Program-made: the position numbers and the translations under genes | Shown here: positions 1 through 8,058 of the stretch, piece after piece | How positions within the stretch are numbered: position 1 is the first letter of the stretch | Layout: every line of letters starts with the position of its first letter | Notes under the pieces: model-generated | Told to the model about the DNA's origin: nothing | Database searches by the model: none | Seen by the model: the letters and a program-made list of their open reading frames with translations, nothing else | Assembly (NCBI GenBank): GCA_903878265.1 | Contig: CAIRHD010000560.1 | Span: 1 to 50,891 of the forward strand | DNA length: 50,891 nucleotides | Reading direction: 5' to 3' | Origin: an uncultured Bacteroidales bacterium | Lineage (GTDB): Bacteria > Bacteroidota > Bacteroidia > Bacteroidales > UBA4417

Positions 1-1140
1 AAGAGAACTATGTGCATAATTAGTATTTTTCGGATCGCTGTCCTCCTGGGTATCGTCGAGTACGATGACCCTCACGGGGAGGTCCGCTTTTGGTTCGAAT
101 GTGTAACAGGCGAATCCCGTGGTAACGTTGCTTTGGCTGAAACCATGGCCTGCCGGGCTCGACGAGGTATTGAAAAATTCGCTGATCCATTGGTCTCTCA
201 ATAATGAGCGGCGGTTCGGATCAGCTGCAAGCACCTGGGGAGGAGTTTGGAATAATGAGGCAGCACCTGCACCGATCACTTCACCCAAAAGTGTCCTTCC
301 GTCAATGGAGCCAAGGTAGTAACCCCTGGCATCCAGGTCGCCGATTTGCGGATCGGCCTGGTTAACGATATCCAGCCCGGTATAATTCCCCCGGATGTAA
401 TCATTTGCGGCGTAAGCACCCATCCAGAAATGATCATGGTTGCCCAGTGTCTGATACCAGGGAATTGCCTTGTCAAGCCCTTCGGCCTGGTATTCGTCCT
501 GGTAATCATTATTCGGTCCGGGGATCGGATCATCCTTGATCCCGGAATCGGGGTTGATGCGCTTGCCGTCAAGTACATCGATGAACCATCTTAATTCGTT
601 GTATTGGGTATTGTTGCAATCATCGCCAAGGGAAATGCCAAAATCAAACTTTTTTTCTTTGTTAAGTACATTGATCGTCTTCACTGCAGCGTTAAGAACC
701 TGAGTTGTCAATAGCATGGCTCCCGAATAGCATGAAAGATTGACGTTTTTGTATCCGGAAAAAATGGCCTGGGTAGGTGTTTCCTTGTCGGAAAGATGAA
801 TGTCGGACATGGTAAAGAACCTCAACAGGTCTGCCGCTTTTGTAACCGATTGACTGGAATATCCTTTCGGCATGATGTCCAGCCTTTTTTGACAGGGAAC
901 TCCGGGGCCATATTCCCAGCCGCCATACCCGTATAGATTGTATTTCGAAATCTCATAAGCATAGATCGGTGGAGGGAAAGTAGTAATGGTATTGGGGATT
1001 ATTGTTCTTTCCAATGTTGTATAAGCACCGGAACCTGCAGGATCCACAGGGCTGTCATCTTTCCTGCAGCCAAAGTTAAACAGCATAAAAATGCCGGTTA
1101 CTATCAAAGGGTAAATCCAACTTCTTTTTTTTGTTTTCAT
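1..1140 (-). CDS. Exported calcineurin-like metallophosphoesterase (large type, possibly TIGR03768/RPA4764-like). The N-terminal 380 aa are present; the 3' end runs off the window.
   Basis: Absent from the ORF track because there is no stop inside the window. I translated the whole minus-strand frame from the ATG at 1140..1138. It reads MKTKKRSWIYPLIVTGIFMLFNFGCRKDD...GISLGDDCNNTQYNELRWFIDVLDGKRINPDSGIKDDPIPGPNNDYQDEYQAEGLDKAIPWYQTLGNHDHFWMG...VIVLDDTQEDSDPKNTNYAHSSL and stays open to base 1. It is colinear with the 17486..19201 protein (GISLGDACNN..., TLGNHDHFWTG, VIVLDDTQSNEEP...). A lipobox Cys follows the signal peptide. Confidence 0.88.
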   Translation of the reverse strand, partial: MKTKKRSWIYPLIVTGIFMLFNFGCRKDDSPVDPAGSGAYTTLERTIIPNTITTFPPPIYAYEISKYNLYGYGGWEYGPGVPCQKRLDIMPKGYSSQSVTKAADLLRFFTMSDIHLSDKETPTQAIFSGYKNVNLSCYSGAMLLTTQVLNAAVKTINVLNKEKKFDFGISLGDDCNNTQYNELRWFIDVLDGKRINPDSGIKDDPIPGPNNDYQDEYQAEGLDKAIPWYQTLGNHDHFWMGAYAANDYIRGNYTGLDIVNQADPQIGDLDARGYYLGSIDGRTLLGEVIGAGAASLFQTPPQVLAADPNRRSLLRDQWISEFFNTSSSPAGHGFSQSNVTTGFACYTFEPKADLPVRVIVLDDTQEDSDPKNTNYAHSSL

Positions 1141-1199
1141 ACTATTTATTATTATTCAGGATAAAATTATTTAATTGTTTTTGTTTAGTTTGTTTTATT

Positions 1200-2633
1200 C
1201 TAGGCGGTTATTGCCTTGGGCGTTTTCTTCATCCAGGACATCAGTATGATCATGATTAAGCTGATTACGATTCCCAAAGAGAAAGCCAAAATAAACCCTT
1301 CATGCAACAATCTGGCTTCAACGCCTGAATTTCCGAGAGAGTTCCCATTCAGAGAAACAGATGCAGGAATAAATTCCGATAGCGCAGTCTCGAACACCAC
1401 TACGCCGAGAACAAGTCCCAGGCTACGCAAAAGCCCTGTCATACTTCCAGTTACCCCATTCATATCGGGCGGAACACTTGCCAGCATAAGCGTGATATTC
1501 GGTGATTTGTTGAGACCTTGAGAAATGCTGAATATAACAAGTGCTATAATCACCCACCATAAGGGTTCGCCAAAATCCGTAATGAATAACATTACAAAAG
1601 CTAACAACCCAAGAAAGACCCCTGCCAAAATGATATTACGGTGTCCCCTGCGGTCACCGAGCCGCCCCGCAAAAGGTCCCAGAAACTGACCAAAAGCGAT
1701 TATGCTCAGTATGGCGCCAATGATATTGGCTTTAAGTCCATTGACGTGCGTAAGAAAAAACGGCATAAGGAAAAGTACACCACCAAACACCATCATCGAG
1801 AGGCAGAAATTAAGGGAGGTAAAAATTGTGTCGCGATTGGCAAAGAGCTTTAAGTCAATGATCGGGTAATCTATTTTTAGCTCTCTCCGGATAAATAGCC
1901 ACGCAAGGATCAAGCTCCCTACAAGGGCAGAGATAATAGGTAGCGATGTCCATCCATATTCAAATCCCTGATTCACGGCAAAGATGAGCAACAGCAGGAA
2001 TGCGGTCTGGTAGAATGCTCCCAGTAAATCAAAGCGTCTATCCTGCGCTGGTGGATGATGCCTGGGTAGAAAGAAAAATCCGGCAGCTATAGCTACAATG
2101 CCCAGTGGCACGTTGATGAAGAAGATATATCGCCATCCAAAGTAATTGGCAATAAAACCACCAACTGTAGGATCCAGAGATACACCCAAAGCTGCGGTCA
2201 TCGTTATAAAACCAATCGCCTGTCCCTTCTTCGCTGCAGAAGTATGCAGAGTAGCTAATGCAACCATCACCGAAATAATCATTGCTCCACCAATGCCCTG
2301 TAAGGAACGCATAATTATAAGTTGCCATGAGTTGGATGTTGTACCACAGTAGAAGGAACTTATGGTGAACAGTACAAAACCAATTAAAAGCACCCTGCGA
2401 CCACCAAAAATATCGCCAATTTTGCCGAAAACCATAAGTGGTGCAGTCTCAAACAACAGGTAGGCCAGGACAATTAACGATGCATGACTGGGCGAGAGGT
2501 TCATCTCCCCCGCGATTGTTGGCAGACACACAACGATGGCCGTAGCGTCTAAGTTTGTCATTATGGCACCGAAACATACTACTGCCATAACTATCCAATA
2601 TCGCCGTTTATCTGTAATTATATACTTGTCCAT
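1200..2633 (-). CDS. MFS transporter, DHA2/EmrB-QacA-like (about 14 TM)
   Basis: 477-aa ORF that is hydrophobic throughout. The motif GKIGDIFGGRRVLLIG resembles MFS motif A (G-x-x-x-D-x-x-G-R-R). Length and helix count are typical of 14-TMS drug:H+ antiporters. Confidence 0.82.
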   Translation of the reverse strand: MDKYIITDKRRYWIVMAVVCFGAIMTNLDATAIVVCLPTIAGEMNLSPSHASLIVLAYLLFETAPLMVFGKIGDIFGGRRVLLIGFVLFTISSFYCGTTSNSWQLIIMRSLQGIGGAMIISVMVALATLHTSAAKKGQAIGFITMTAALGVSLDPTVGGFIANYFGWRYIFFINVPLGIVAIAAGFFFLPRHHPPAQDRRFDLLGAFYQTAFLLLLIFAVNQGFEYGWTSLPIISALVGSLILAWLFIRRELKIDYPIIDLKLFANRDTIFTSLNFCLSMMVFGGVLFLMPFFLTHVNGLKANIIGAILSIIAFGQFLGPFAGRLGDRRGHRNIILAGVFLGLLAFVMLFITDFGEPLWWVIIALVIFSISQGLNKSPNITLMLASVPPDMNGVTGSMTGLLRSLGLVLGVVVFETALSEFIPASVSLNGNSLGNSGVEARLLHEGFILAFSLGIVISLIMIILMSWMKKTPKAITA

Positions 2634-2724
2634 CTGTTTTAAATATTATTTTTCTTACTGGCATTATTCCTTATTGCAGAGCATAAAGTTAAAAGGTAAC
2701 TTATGCAATCCATCTTAGGAATAA

Positions 2725-4005
2725 TTATTTCGAGCCTTTCATCACGCCATATTTTTCACCCATAAGTATATGCTTATAAGATTGGCCTATAAGCCCTCCT
2801 GCTGGCTCCAGAACAAATCCGGCTTTCGGTTGAAAAAGCATTACAATATCGGAACCTCCGAACAGGAAGCAACCCATCATATCCCCTTTCTTTACGACGG
2901 TGCCAACATGAATACTAGCTTCAAATTTTACCGAACATATTTGCGACATGCCTATGGGAAGTATGGCCACCAAACCAAAATCCTTGGTATCAATAATTAT
3001 ACAGCCCCTTGTTTCAATAGCTTGCCAACTGGGAACTGTACAATCTAACATATATCTTGGAATTGACGGATCCCAGGTGATAATACCACCAACTGCATCC
3101 TGTTCGGCAATGTTTCTCACTTCCTTTATTGTTCCGCTTACCGGAAAATGGAAACGATGATAATCCTGAACATCAAGAAAAGTATGCGTCATTATTCCGT
3201 TGGCAAATTCATTTTTGTATTGACTGTCGTCTCCGATTAATGTTACAATGGATGTTAATGTTCCGGATTTAATGGCTACTCCTTTCTTCAGAGCTATATT
3301 CGAATTGGCATCTATCTGCCACACACCCTGCGGCATAGCATCTGCCGGCGAAACAACAATTGTGCTGTCGGTAAGGGCGGTTATAGGCCGTTGATCCGGT
3401 GACTTAAGATATCTGGCAAAAAACTGATTAAATGTTTTCCAGTTAGAAGGATCTTCATACCAACCGGCTTCGAGTCCAAATTTACTATCAGTCAGTGCCA
3501 TTTGATAATATTCATCTTTCCACGAAGCCGGTGTATCCAGGTACAAGCCCCATGCTTTAATGAAACTTACCAGCCAATCGTTGTAAGGTGATACATATTG
3601 AATAGAGTTATGATACAAGCCCTTACCTTCAAGTTCTGCCAGCGGCTGGTCATTTGCAAAATAGAAATAGTCTAAACTCTGATCTATTTTATCATACAAC
3701 GAAGTGTAAGGCGTGGTTGGAAGAATGCTCCATGGCATACAGGTTTCTGCCCAAGTAACAAATTCATAGTATTCATCGAGTGTCTGGGCCGGATTTGTAT
3801 TTTTATCCGGATTCACCACCTTCGCCTGAGCTATAGATTTGATTAACATTGATTTAATGTCCGGATTGTTTTCAACAATAGTGATAAGCTCTAAAGTTTT
3901 CGGTCCATAATTTGGTTTTGCGGTTGTATCATCGCGTTTACAGGATATCTGAACTGCTGTAACGACCAATAAACAGAGAATGATTAAACGGTTTATCTTT
4001 TTCAT
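2725..4005 (-). CDS. Phosphatidylserine-decarboxylase-family (long, PsiD-like) pyruvoyl-dependent decarboxylase, predicted lipoprotein
   Basis: 426-aa ORF. The N-terminus MKKINRLIILCLLVVTAVQISCKRDD is a signal peptide plus lipobox Cys. The C-terminal motif KGDMMGCFLFGGSDIVMLFQ matches the G-F-x-F-G-G-S self-cleavage region of the PSD family. The roughly 430-aa length is typical of the long PSD-related subgroup rather than the 220-290-aa membrane Psd. Confidence 0.72.
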   Translation of the reverse strand: MKKINRLIILCLLVVTAVQISCKRDDTTAKPNYGPKTLELITIVENNPDIKSMLIKSIAQAKVVNPDKNTNPAQTLDEYYEFVTWAETCMPWSILPTTPYTSLYDKIDQSLDYFYFANDQPLAELEGKGLYHNSIQYVSPYNDWLVSFIKAWGLYLDTPASWKDEYYQMALTDSKFGLEAGWYEDPSNWKTFNQFFARYLKSPDQRPITALTDSTIVVSPADAMPQGVWQIDANSNIALKKGVAIKSGTLTSIVTLIGDDSQYKNEFANGIMTHTFLDVQDYHRFHFPVSGTIKEVRNIAEQDAVGGIITWDPSIPRYMLDCTVPSWQAIETRGCIIIDTKDFGLVAILPIGMSQICSVKFEASIHVGTVVKKGDMMGCFLFGGSDIVMLFQPKAGFVLEPAGGLIGQSYKHILMGEKYGVMKGSK

Positions 4006-4041
4006 TGCTTTTGATTTAATTTATTGATTACTTATTTTTGA

Positions 4042-4251
4042 TTATTTGGTTAAGAAATTATTAGCCCGATTAGCCGCATTTTGTCTTAGGTTGTACTAAT
4101 AGAAAGGTATATCAATTGTATGATAAATACCATAAGGACATCCATCGAGTGAATCTAATTCACCAGCGGTAGAGCAAATCAACTCTCCTTTAGCAATATC
4201 TACGCGAGCATCACCATATTGAGGTACCACTGTGTTGCCAAAATAATTTCG
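4042..4251 (-). pseudogene. Relic of the C-terminal ~65 codons of a DUF3089-type hydrolase gene, in frame behind the stop of the upstream metallophosphoesterase gene
   Basis: Manual translation after the TAA at 4254..4252 gives RNYFGNTVVPQYGDARVDIAKGELICSTAGELDSLDGCPYGIYHTIDIPFY*YNLRQNAANRANNFLTK*. This aligns with intact DUF3089 C-termini such as FADARIDTAQGVLICSSVNDSAMAAISGNMGLGVYHIFDIPLYYYNLRENAERRANNFLGK*. It has an internal TAG and no start codon. Confidence 0.78.
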
Positions 4252-5583
4252 TTAATAGCGTAATGAATCTTCTGCCATTTTATTCACAACTTCGTCTTTG
4301 AAATTGTAAAGTTTTACAAATGTTTGAGAAGACGCATCATTGCTTTGTGGTGTTATAACTACAAAATGCATTGTGGTAGGGACTGAGTTATGGTCAATCC
4401 ATGTTCCTGAATTCGCGTAAATACATTTTTTATTATCGTTACTTAATGCCGCAAATATGAGTGGTTTGTGAGTATGGCCAAATACAACAATTCTTTTATC
4501 TGAGTCAGGGTTTGTAAAGTACTGTATAACTGCCTGCTGATCGGTCCAGGTATCTGCACTTGTAGAATCGATTGCGATAGTACTGCTCATGTGAACAGCT
4601 ACATTATTGAGCGTTTGCCTTGCTTCCCAATTATCCTGAATTCCCTTAAAAAGAGTAACATCAATCAATCCGTAAGGATTTGTTTGAAAAGGAAGAAGAT
4701 CGTTTACAGAATATGTGCCTGTAAATCCATTAACATTTGTTACAATAATATTTTCATCAAACGCATTTGTAATCGGGTATGAATACGTTACACCTACCCA
4801 GTCCTTCCAATACAGAAACAATAGGTCCTGGCTTTCACTTCCTGAACCATCAAGGGTAAGAATTGGTATGGTATGGGGTGTTGATGGCAGACCTTGTTTC
4901 ACCCATAGTGCGGCTATTCTTGTATAAAAGTACCCTGGAGGCAATATGGTGCCAGTGGCGATATCTTGGTTTGAAATCGGGTCTGGTGCACAAAAGAAAT
5001 CATAGCGGTGCCCATGCTCAATAATTATTTTGGGACAATTAACAGGGGAATAAGTGCCTAAACCCAACGAGGTCTCCCGAGACTGGTTTATTCCAGGGAG
5101 CACACTTTCAATATCAGGTGCCGTGATTACTAAATCATGGTTTCCGGGCAAATAAGTAACTACTATTTTGCCTTCGTGAATGATACTGTTAAGCGCATCA
5201 AATACTACCGCGTTGGTTGTAGCAACACGATGAGCAAAATCAGCCTGATTGCTTCCCTCAAAAGTATTAACTGTTGCTGGCACAAACCATTCATCTATCA
5301 AATCTCCGGCAATAACAAGTTCTTTAACATTAGGAGCCACCTTTATCTGTTTAAGTAATTTTTCAAGAGACGCAAGATTCTGGTTACATTCAGAATAAGT
5401 TAGATCGGCACCTAAATGAAGATCGCTGATAACAACAATCATATTCCTATCATTCCCGCCATTGTTAAATGGGTTTATTGCTTGATTTGTTGGAACTACT
5501 GGATCTGACTTTTTGCATGATATAATTACACTTAAGCACCACATCATTAAAAACACACTTAAAAGCCTCTTACTCATTTTCAT
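4252..5583 (-). CDS. Exported calcineurin-like metallophosphoesterase lipoprotein (443-aa type, copy a)
   Basis: Signal plus lipobox LSVIISCKKSD. Metallophosphoesterase motifs occur in canonical order: VVISDLHLGAD, IAGDLIDEW, LPGNHD, IIEHGHRYD, VVFGHTHKP. Paralog of 6709..8046, with the identical C-terminus VVNKMAEDSLRY. Confidence 0.88.
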   Translation of the reverse strand: MKMSKRLLSVFLMMWCLSVIISCKKSDPVVPTNQAINPFNNGGNDRNMIVVISDLHLGADLTYSECNQNLASLEKLLKQIKVAPNVKELVIAGDLIDEWFVPATVNTFEGSNQADFAHRVATTNAVVFDALNSIIHEGKIVVTYLPGNHDLVITAPDIESVLPGINQSRETSLGLGTYSPVNCPKIIIEHGHRYDFFCAPDPISNQDIATGTILPPGYFYTRIAALWVKQGLPSTPHTIPILTLDGSGSESQDLLFLYWKDWVGVTYSYPITNAFDENIIVTNVNGFTGTYSVNDLLPFQTNPYGLIDVTLFKGIQDNWEARQTLNNVAVHMSSTIAIDSTSADTWTDQQAVIQYFTNPDSDKRIVVFGHTHKPLIFAALSNDNKKCIYANSGTWIDHNSVPTTMHFVVITPQSNDASSQTFVKLYNFKDEVVNKMAEDSLRY

Positions 5584-5603
5584 AAAAAATGTACTTTCTT
5601 TTC

Positions 5604-5661
5604 TTCCTACTCGTAAAGCTTTTCAGAATCTGCTCCGTTTTTTAAGTGGTTTCTGGACTCC
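5604..5661 (-). promoter_or_regulatory. Diverged copy C of a repeated 5' leader element upstream of the 4252..5583 CDS
   Basis: The minus strand reads GGAGTCCAGAAACCACTTAAAAAACGGAGCAGATTCTGAAAAGCTTTACGAGTAGGAAG. It aligns with the leaders at 6400..6503 and 8059..8162. Confidence 0.5.
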
Positions 5662-5818
5662 ACTTATTTTCTTTATTTTTTGAAGAGTTCCCCACCTCGA
5701 ATCCACTCTCTTAATTATAAGAGCCGGCGAGGATTGACTGGCAGTTTTTTTTATTTCTAATTTCACATAAAATATGAGGAAAGTTTTTTTTTGAAATCCG
5801 ATGAACTCTCCTGATTGA

Positions 5819-5876
5819 AAATTTAGGGATAATTGCAAATTATCCCTAAATTTATAGCTGAATCGCAGATTCAGCT
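5819..5876 (-). terminator. Two adjacent perfect hairpins downstream of the 5889..6374 CDS (16-bp stem at 5819..5853, 9-bp stem at 5856..5876), both with a GCA loop
   Basis: aaatttagggataatt-gca-aattatccctaaattt and agctgaatc-gca-gattcagct were read directly from the sequence. They begin 12 nt past the stop codon of the minus-strand gene. No clean U-tract is present, so terminator function is inferred. Confidence 0.45.
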
Positions 5877-5888
5877 CCTGAAAGTGAA

Positions 5889-6374
5889 TTATTTCACTCT
5901 CTCAAAAGTATGCCAGATGTGGCCAGATCCCACATCAGTGCCAAAATTTTCCGGCACTGTTGCCATAGTAGGGTCGAAGCAAATATGCATTATGTCGGAA
6001 CCCTCAAATTTATATATTGCTGGCATGGTTTTGCCCGCATTGGGACCATTCTCCCGAACCCAGTTAATTATCTTGAGGTCTTTTGACGGGTCCAGTTTAG
6101 TGGTAACTGAATTCATTGTGTCCTTACAATGATGAGGGAGGTACAATTTAACCTTGTCGCCCGTATGGATCACTATACTCTTCTTCACATGTTCATCTTT
6201 CAACTTTTGCCCGTCCATCTCTCCAGAGACCATTTTCCAGGTTCCCTGGAATTTTTTCAACTCTGATGCATCAACCTGCCCCAGCACAAGCCGCGGTGCA
6301 AATACCAACAATGCAAAGAACATTGACATTACGGTCATGCCCGAAAAACTCATTTTACTCATACTTTTTCTCAT
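5889..6374 (-). CDS. Small secreted protein, TIGR03067-like (lipocalin-like) domain
   Basis: 161-aa ORF with a signal peptide (MSMFFALLVFAPRLVLGQ). The mature part starts LKKFQGTWKMVSGEMDGQKLKDEHVKK...IHTGDKV, which resembles the G-x-W-x-x-V-x-x-E-x-D-G-x-x-x signature I associate with the TIGR03067 domain. The family call is tentative. Confidence 0.55.
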   Translation of the reverse strand: MRKSMSKMSFSGMTVMSMFFALLVFAPRLVLGQVDASELKKFQGTWKMVSGEMDGQKLKDEHVKKSIVIHTGDKVKLYLPHHCKDTMNSVTTKLDPSKDLKIINWVRENGPNAGKTMPAIYKFEGSDIMHICFDPTMATVPENFGTDVGSGHIWHTFERVK

Positions 6375-6399
6375 TTATTTGGTTTTAATATTATTTAAT

Positions 6400-6503
6400 T
6401 TCCTACTCATAAGGCTTTTCGGATACGCCCCGTTTTTTTTAATTGATCTCAGGTCTTCAATTTAATTGTTATAAGGAGGTAAATTTGCCATTATCAGATA
6501 TCC
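6400..6503 (-). promoter_or_regulatory. Copy B of a ~104-nt repeated leader/promoter element upstream of the 5889..6374 CDS
   Basis: Near-identical (a handful of mismatches and one 1-nt indel) to 8059..8162. The minus strand reads GGATATCTGATAATGGCAAATTTACCTCCTTATAACAATTAAATTGAAGACCTGAGATCAATTAAAAAAAACGGGGCGTATCCGAAAAGCCTTATGAGTAGGA. It contains TTTACC-N15-TAAATTG, loosely resembling the Bacteroidetes -33 TTTG / -7 TAnnTTTG promoter. Confidence 0.55.
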
Positions 6504-6507
6504 CCTT

Positions 6508-6708
6508 AAGAATTTATTAGCCCGATTAGCCGCATTTTGTCTTAGGTTGTACTAATAGAACGGTATATCAAATGTGTGATCAATACCATAAGGACATCCA
6601 ACCTGAGAACCTAATTCACCAGCGGCAGAGTATATCAACACTCCTTTAGCAATATCTTCACGAGCATCAGCGCATTTGAAGTACCAAGGCGTTACCAATG
6701 GAATTACG
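6508..6708 (-). pseudogene. Second relic of a DUF3089 C-terminus (frameshifted relative to the upstream gene, natural stop lost)
   Basis: Manual translation of the frame offset by one nt from the upstream CDS gives ...NVIPLVTPWYFKCADAREDIAKGVLIYSAAGELGSQVGCPYGIDHTFDIPFY*YNLRQNAANRANKFL... It is homologous to the 4042..4251 relic and to intact DUF3089 tails. Confidence 0.72.
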
Positions 6709-8046
6709 TTAATAGCGTAATGAGTCTTCTGCCATTTTATTCACAACTTCACCTTCAAAATTGTAAATTTTCACATAAGTTTGAGAAGAAACATTGGAAC
6801 CCTGAGGTGTTATTACAACAAAATTCATCGTTGTACCGCCTGCTCCTGACTTTTCATCAATCCATGTTCCCGAGTTCGCATAGATTGATTTTATCCCATT
6901 ATTGGTGAAAGGCATGATTCTGGCTACATGTGTATGTCCAAAAACAACAATTCTCTTATTGGAGTTTGGATTGGTAAAGTACTGTGTATTTGCCTGTATA
7001 TCTATACTATCAACATTACGCTGATTCGCAAGTGCCGATGCTACCGGGATATGGACTGCCACATTGTTGATGGTTTGTCTTTCTTCCCAGTTGTCCTGTA
7101 CCCCTCTGTAAAGATTCATATCAATAAATCCTCCGGGAGTTAATTGAAAAGGCAGTATATCGTTGATTGAGTATGTTTTGGTGAATCCATTACTATTGGT
7201 CAAGATGATCTTTTCAGAAAACTTGTTGGTAATGGGAGTATTGAAAAGCACAGTTTTGCAGATTTTCCAATAAAAATATGCTAATTGCTGGCTTCCATTA
7301 CCCGAAACGTTCGGGGTTATAACGGCTAAGGTATCGCCTGCTACTGTGCAGTTTTGCATAAAATGGAGCACTGCTATTCTTGTGTAAAAATACCCGAAAG
7401 GCAATATGGAGCCTGGCACACTGTCTTTGTTAGAAATCGGGTCAGGTGCGCAGGCAAAATTAAAGCGATGGCCATGCTCAATTGCCAAAATGGGTAAACT
7501 TGCCGGAATATATGTGCCTAAACCTCGTGCATCCCGCGCCTGATTTACCCCCGGGAGAATAAGCTCAACACTGGCTGCTGTTATGCCAAGATCGTGATTT
7601 CCGGGTACATAAGTGACAAGGATTTTCTTTTCCTGTATTATCTGGTTTAGGGCAGCAAACACTCCTGAATTGGCAGCTGCGAGCCGCAGTACAAAATCAC
7701 CCTGATCTTTTCCCAGGTAAGTGTTTATGTTTGCTGGTACAAACCATTCATCAATCAGGTCTCCTGCAATAACAAGTTCCTTAACATTTGGAGCTGTTCT
7801 AATCTGTTGAAGCAACTTTACAAGCGGGCCAAGGTTATTCTTGCATTCAGTATAGGCCATGTCAGCGCCCATGTGCATATCGCTGATAACCACGATCATA
7901 TTTCTTTCGCTGCCTCCATTGGAAAAAGGGTTTATCCCTGAAACAATCGGGCTGTCTGACGACTTTTTGCATGATGTAAATACATTTAAGAACGACATCA
8001 GCAACAATACACTAAATAATCTTGTAACAATTTTCATGACACCCAA
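6709..8046 (-). CDS. Exported calcineurin-like metallophosphoesterase lipoprotein (445-aa type, copy b)
   Basis: Lipobox NVFTSCKKSS. Motifs VVISDMHMGAD, IAGDLIDEW, VPGNHD, IEHGHRFN, VVFGHTHVA. Colinear with 4252..5583 over the full length. Confidence 0.88.
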   Translation of the reverse strand: MGVMKIVTRLFSVLLLMSFLNVFTSCKKSSDSPIVSGINPFSNGGSERNMIVVISDMHMGADMAYTECKNNLGPLVKLLQQIRTAPNVKELVIAGDLIDEWFVPANINTYLGKDQGDFVLRLAAANSGVFAALNQIIQEKKILVTYVPGNHDLGITAASVELILPGVNQARDARGLGTYIPASLPILAIEHGHRFNFACAPDPISNKDSVPGSILPFGYFYTRIAVLHFMQNCTVAGDTLAVITPNVSGNGSQQLAYFYWKICKTVLFNTPITNKFSEKIILTNSNGFTKTYSINDILPFQLTPGGFIDMNLYRGVQDNWEERQTINNVAVHIPVASALANQRNVDSIDIQANTQYFTNPNSNKRIVVFGHTHVARIMPFTNNGIKSIYANSGTWIDEKSGAGGTTMNFVVITPQGSNVSSQTYVKIYNFEGEVVNKMAEDSLRY

Positions 8047-8058
8047 GTTTTTTATTTC

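Noticed and set aside
4042-4251. A conserved small ORF, or a programmed stop-codon readthrough extension, downstream of the two 443/445-aa phosphoesterase genes. The peptide ...GCPYGI.HT.DIPFY is conserved in two copies, and copy 1 is in frame with the upstream gene.
   Set aside because: The peptide and the ~17 codons beyond its stop align with the C-terminus of the intact DUF3089 proteins (…GLGVYHIFDIPLYYYNLRENAERRANNFLGK). Neither copy has a start codon. Copy 2 is in a different frame from its upstream gene, and the differences between the copies are mostly non-synonymous. These are decaying gene fragments, not a new small gene or a recoding site.
5623-5838. A 71-aa minus-strand ORF between the TIGR03067-like gene and the phosphoesterase gene.
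   Set aside because: It spans the palindromic hairpins and the repeated leader element. It is Lys/Ile/Phe-rich, as expected from AT-rich intergenic sequence, and has no homolog in the paralogous spacers at 6375..6708 or 8047..8167.
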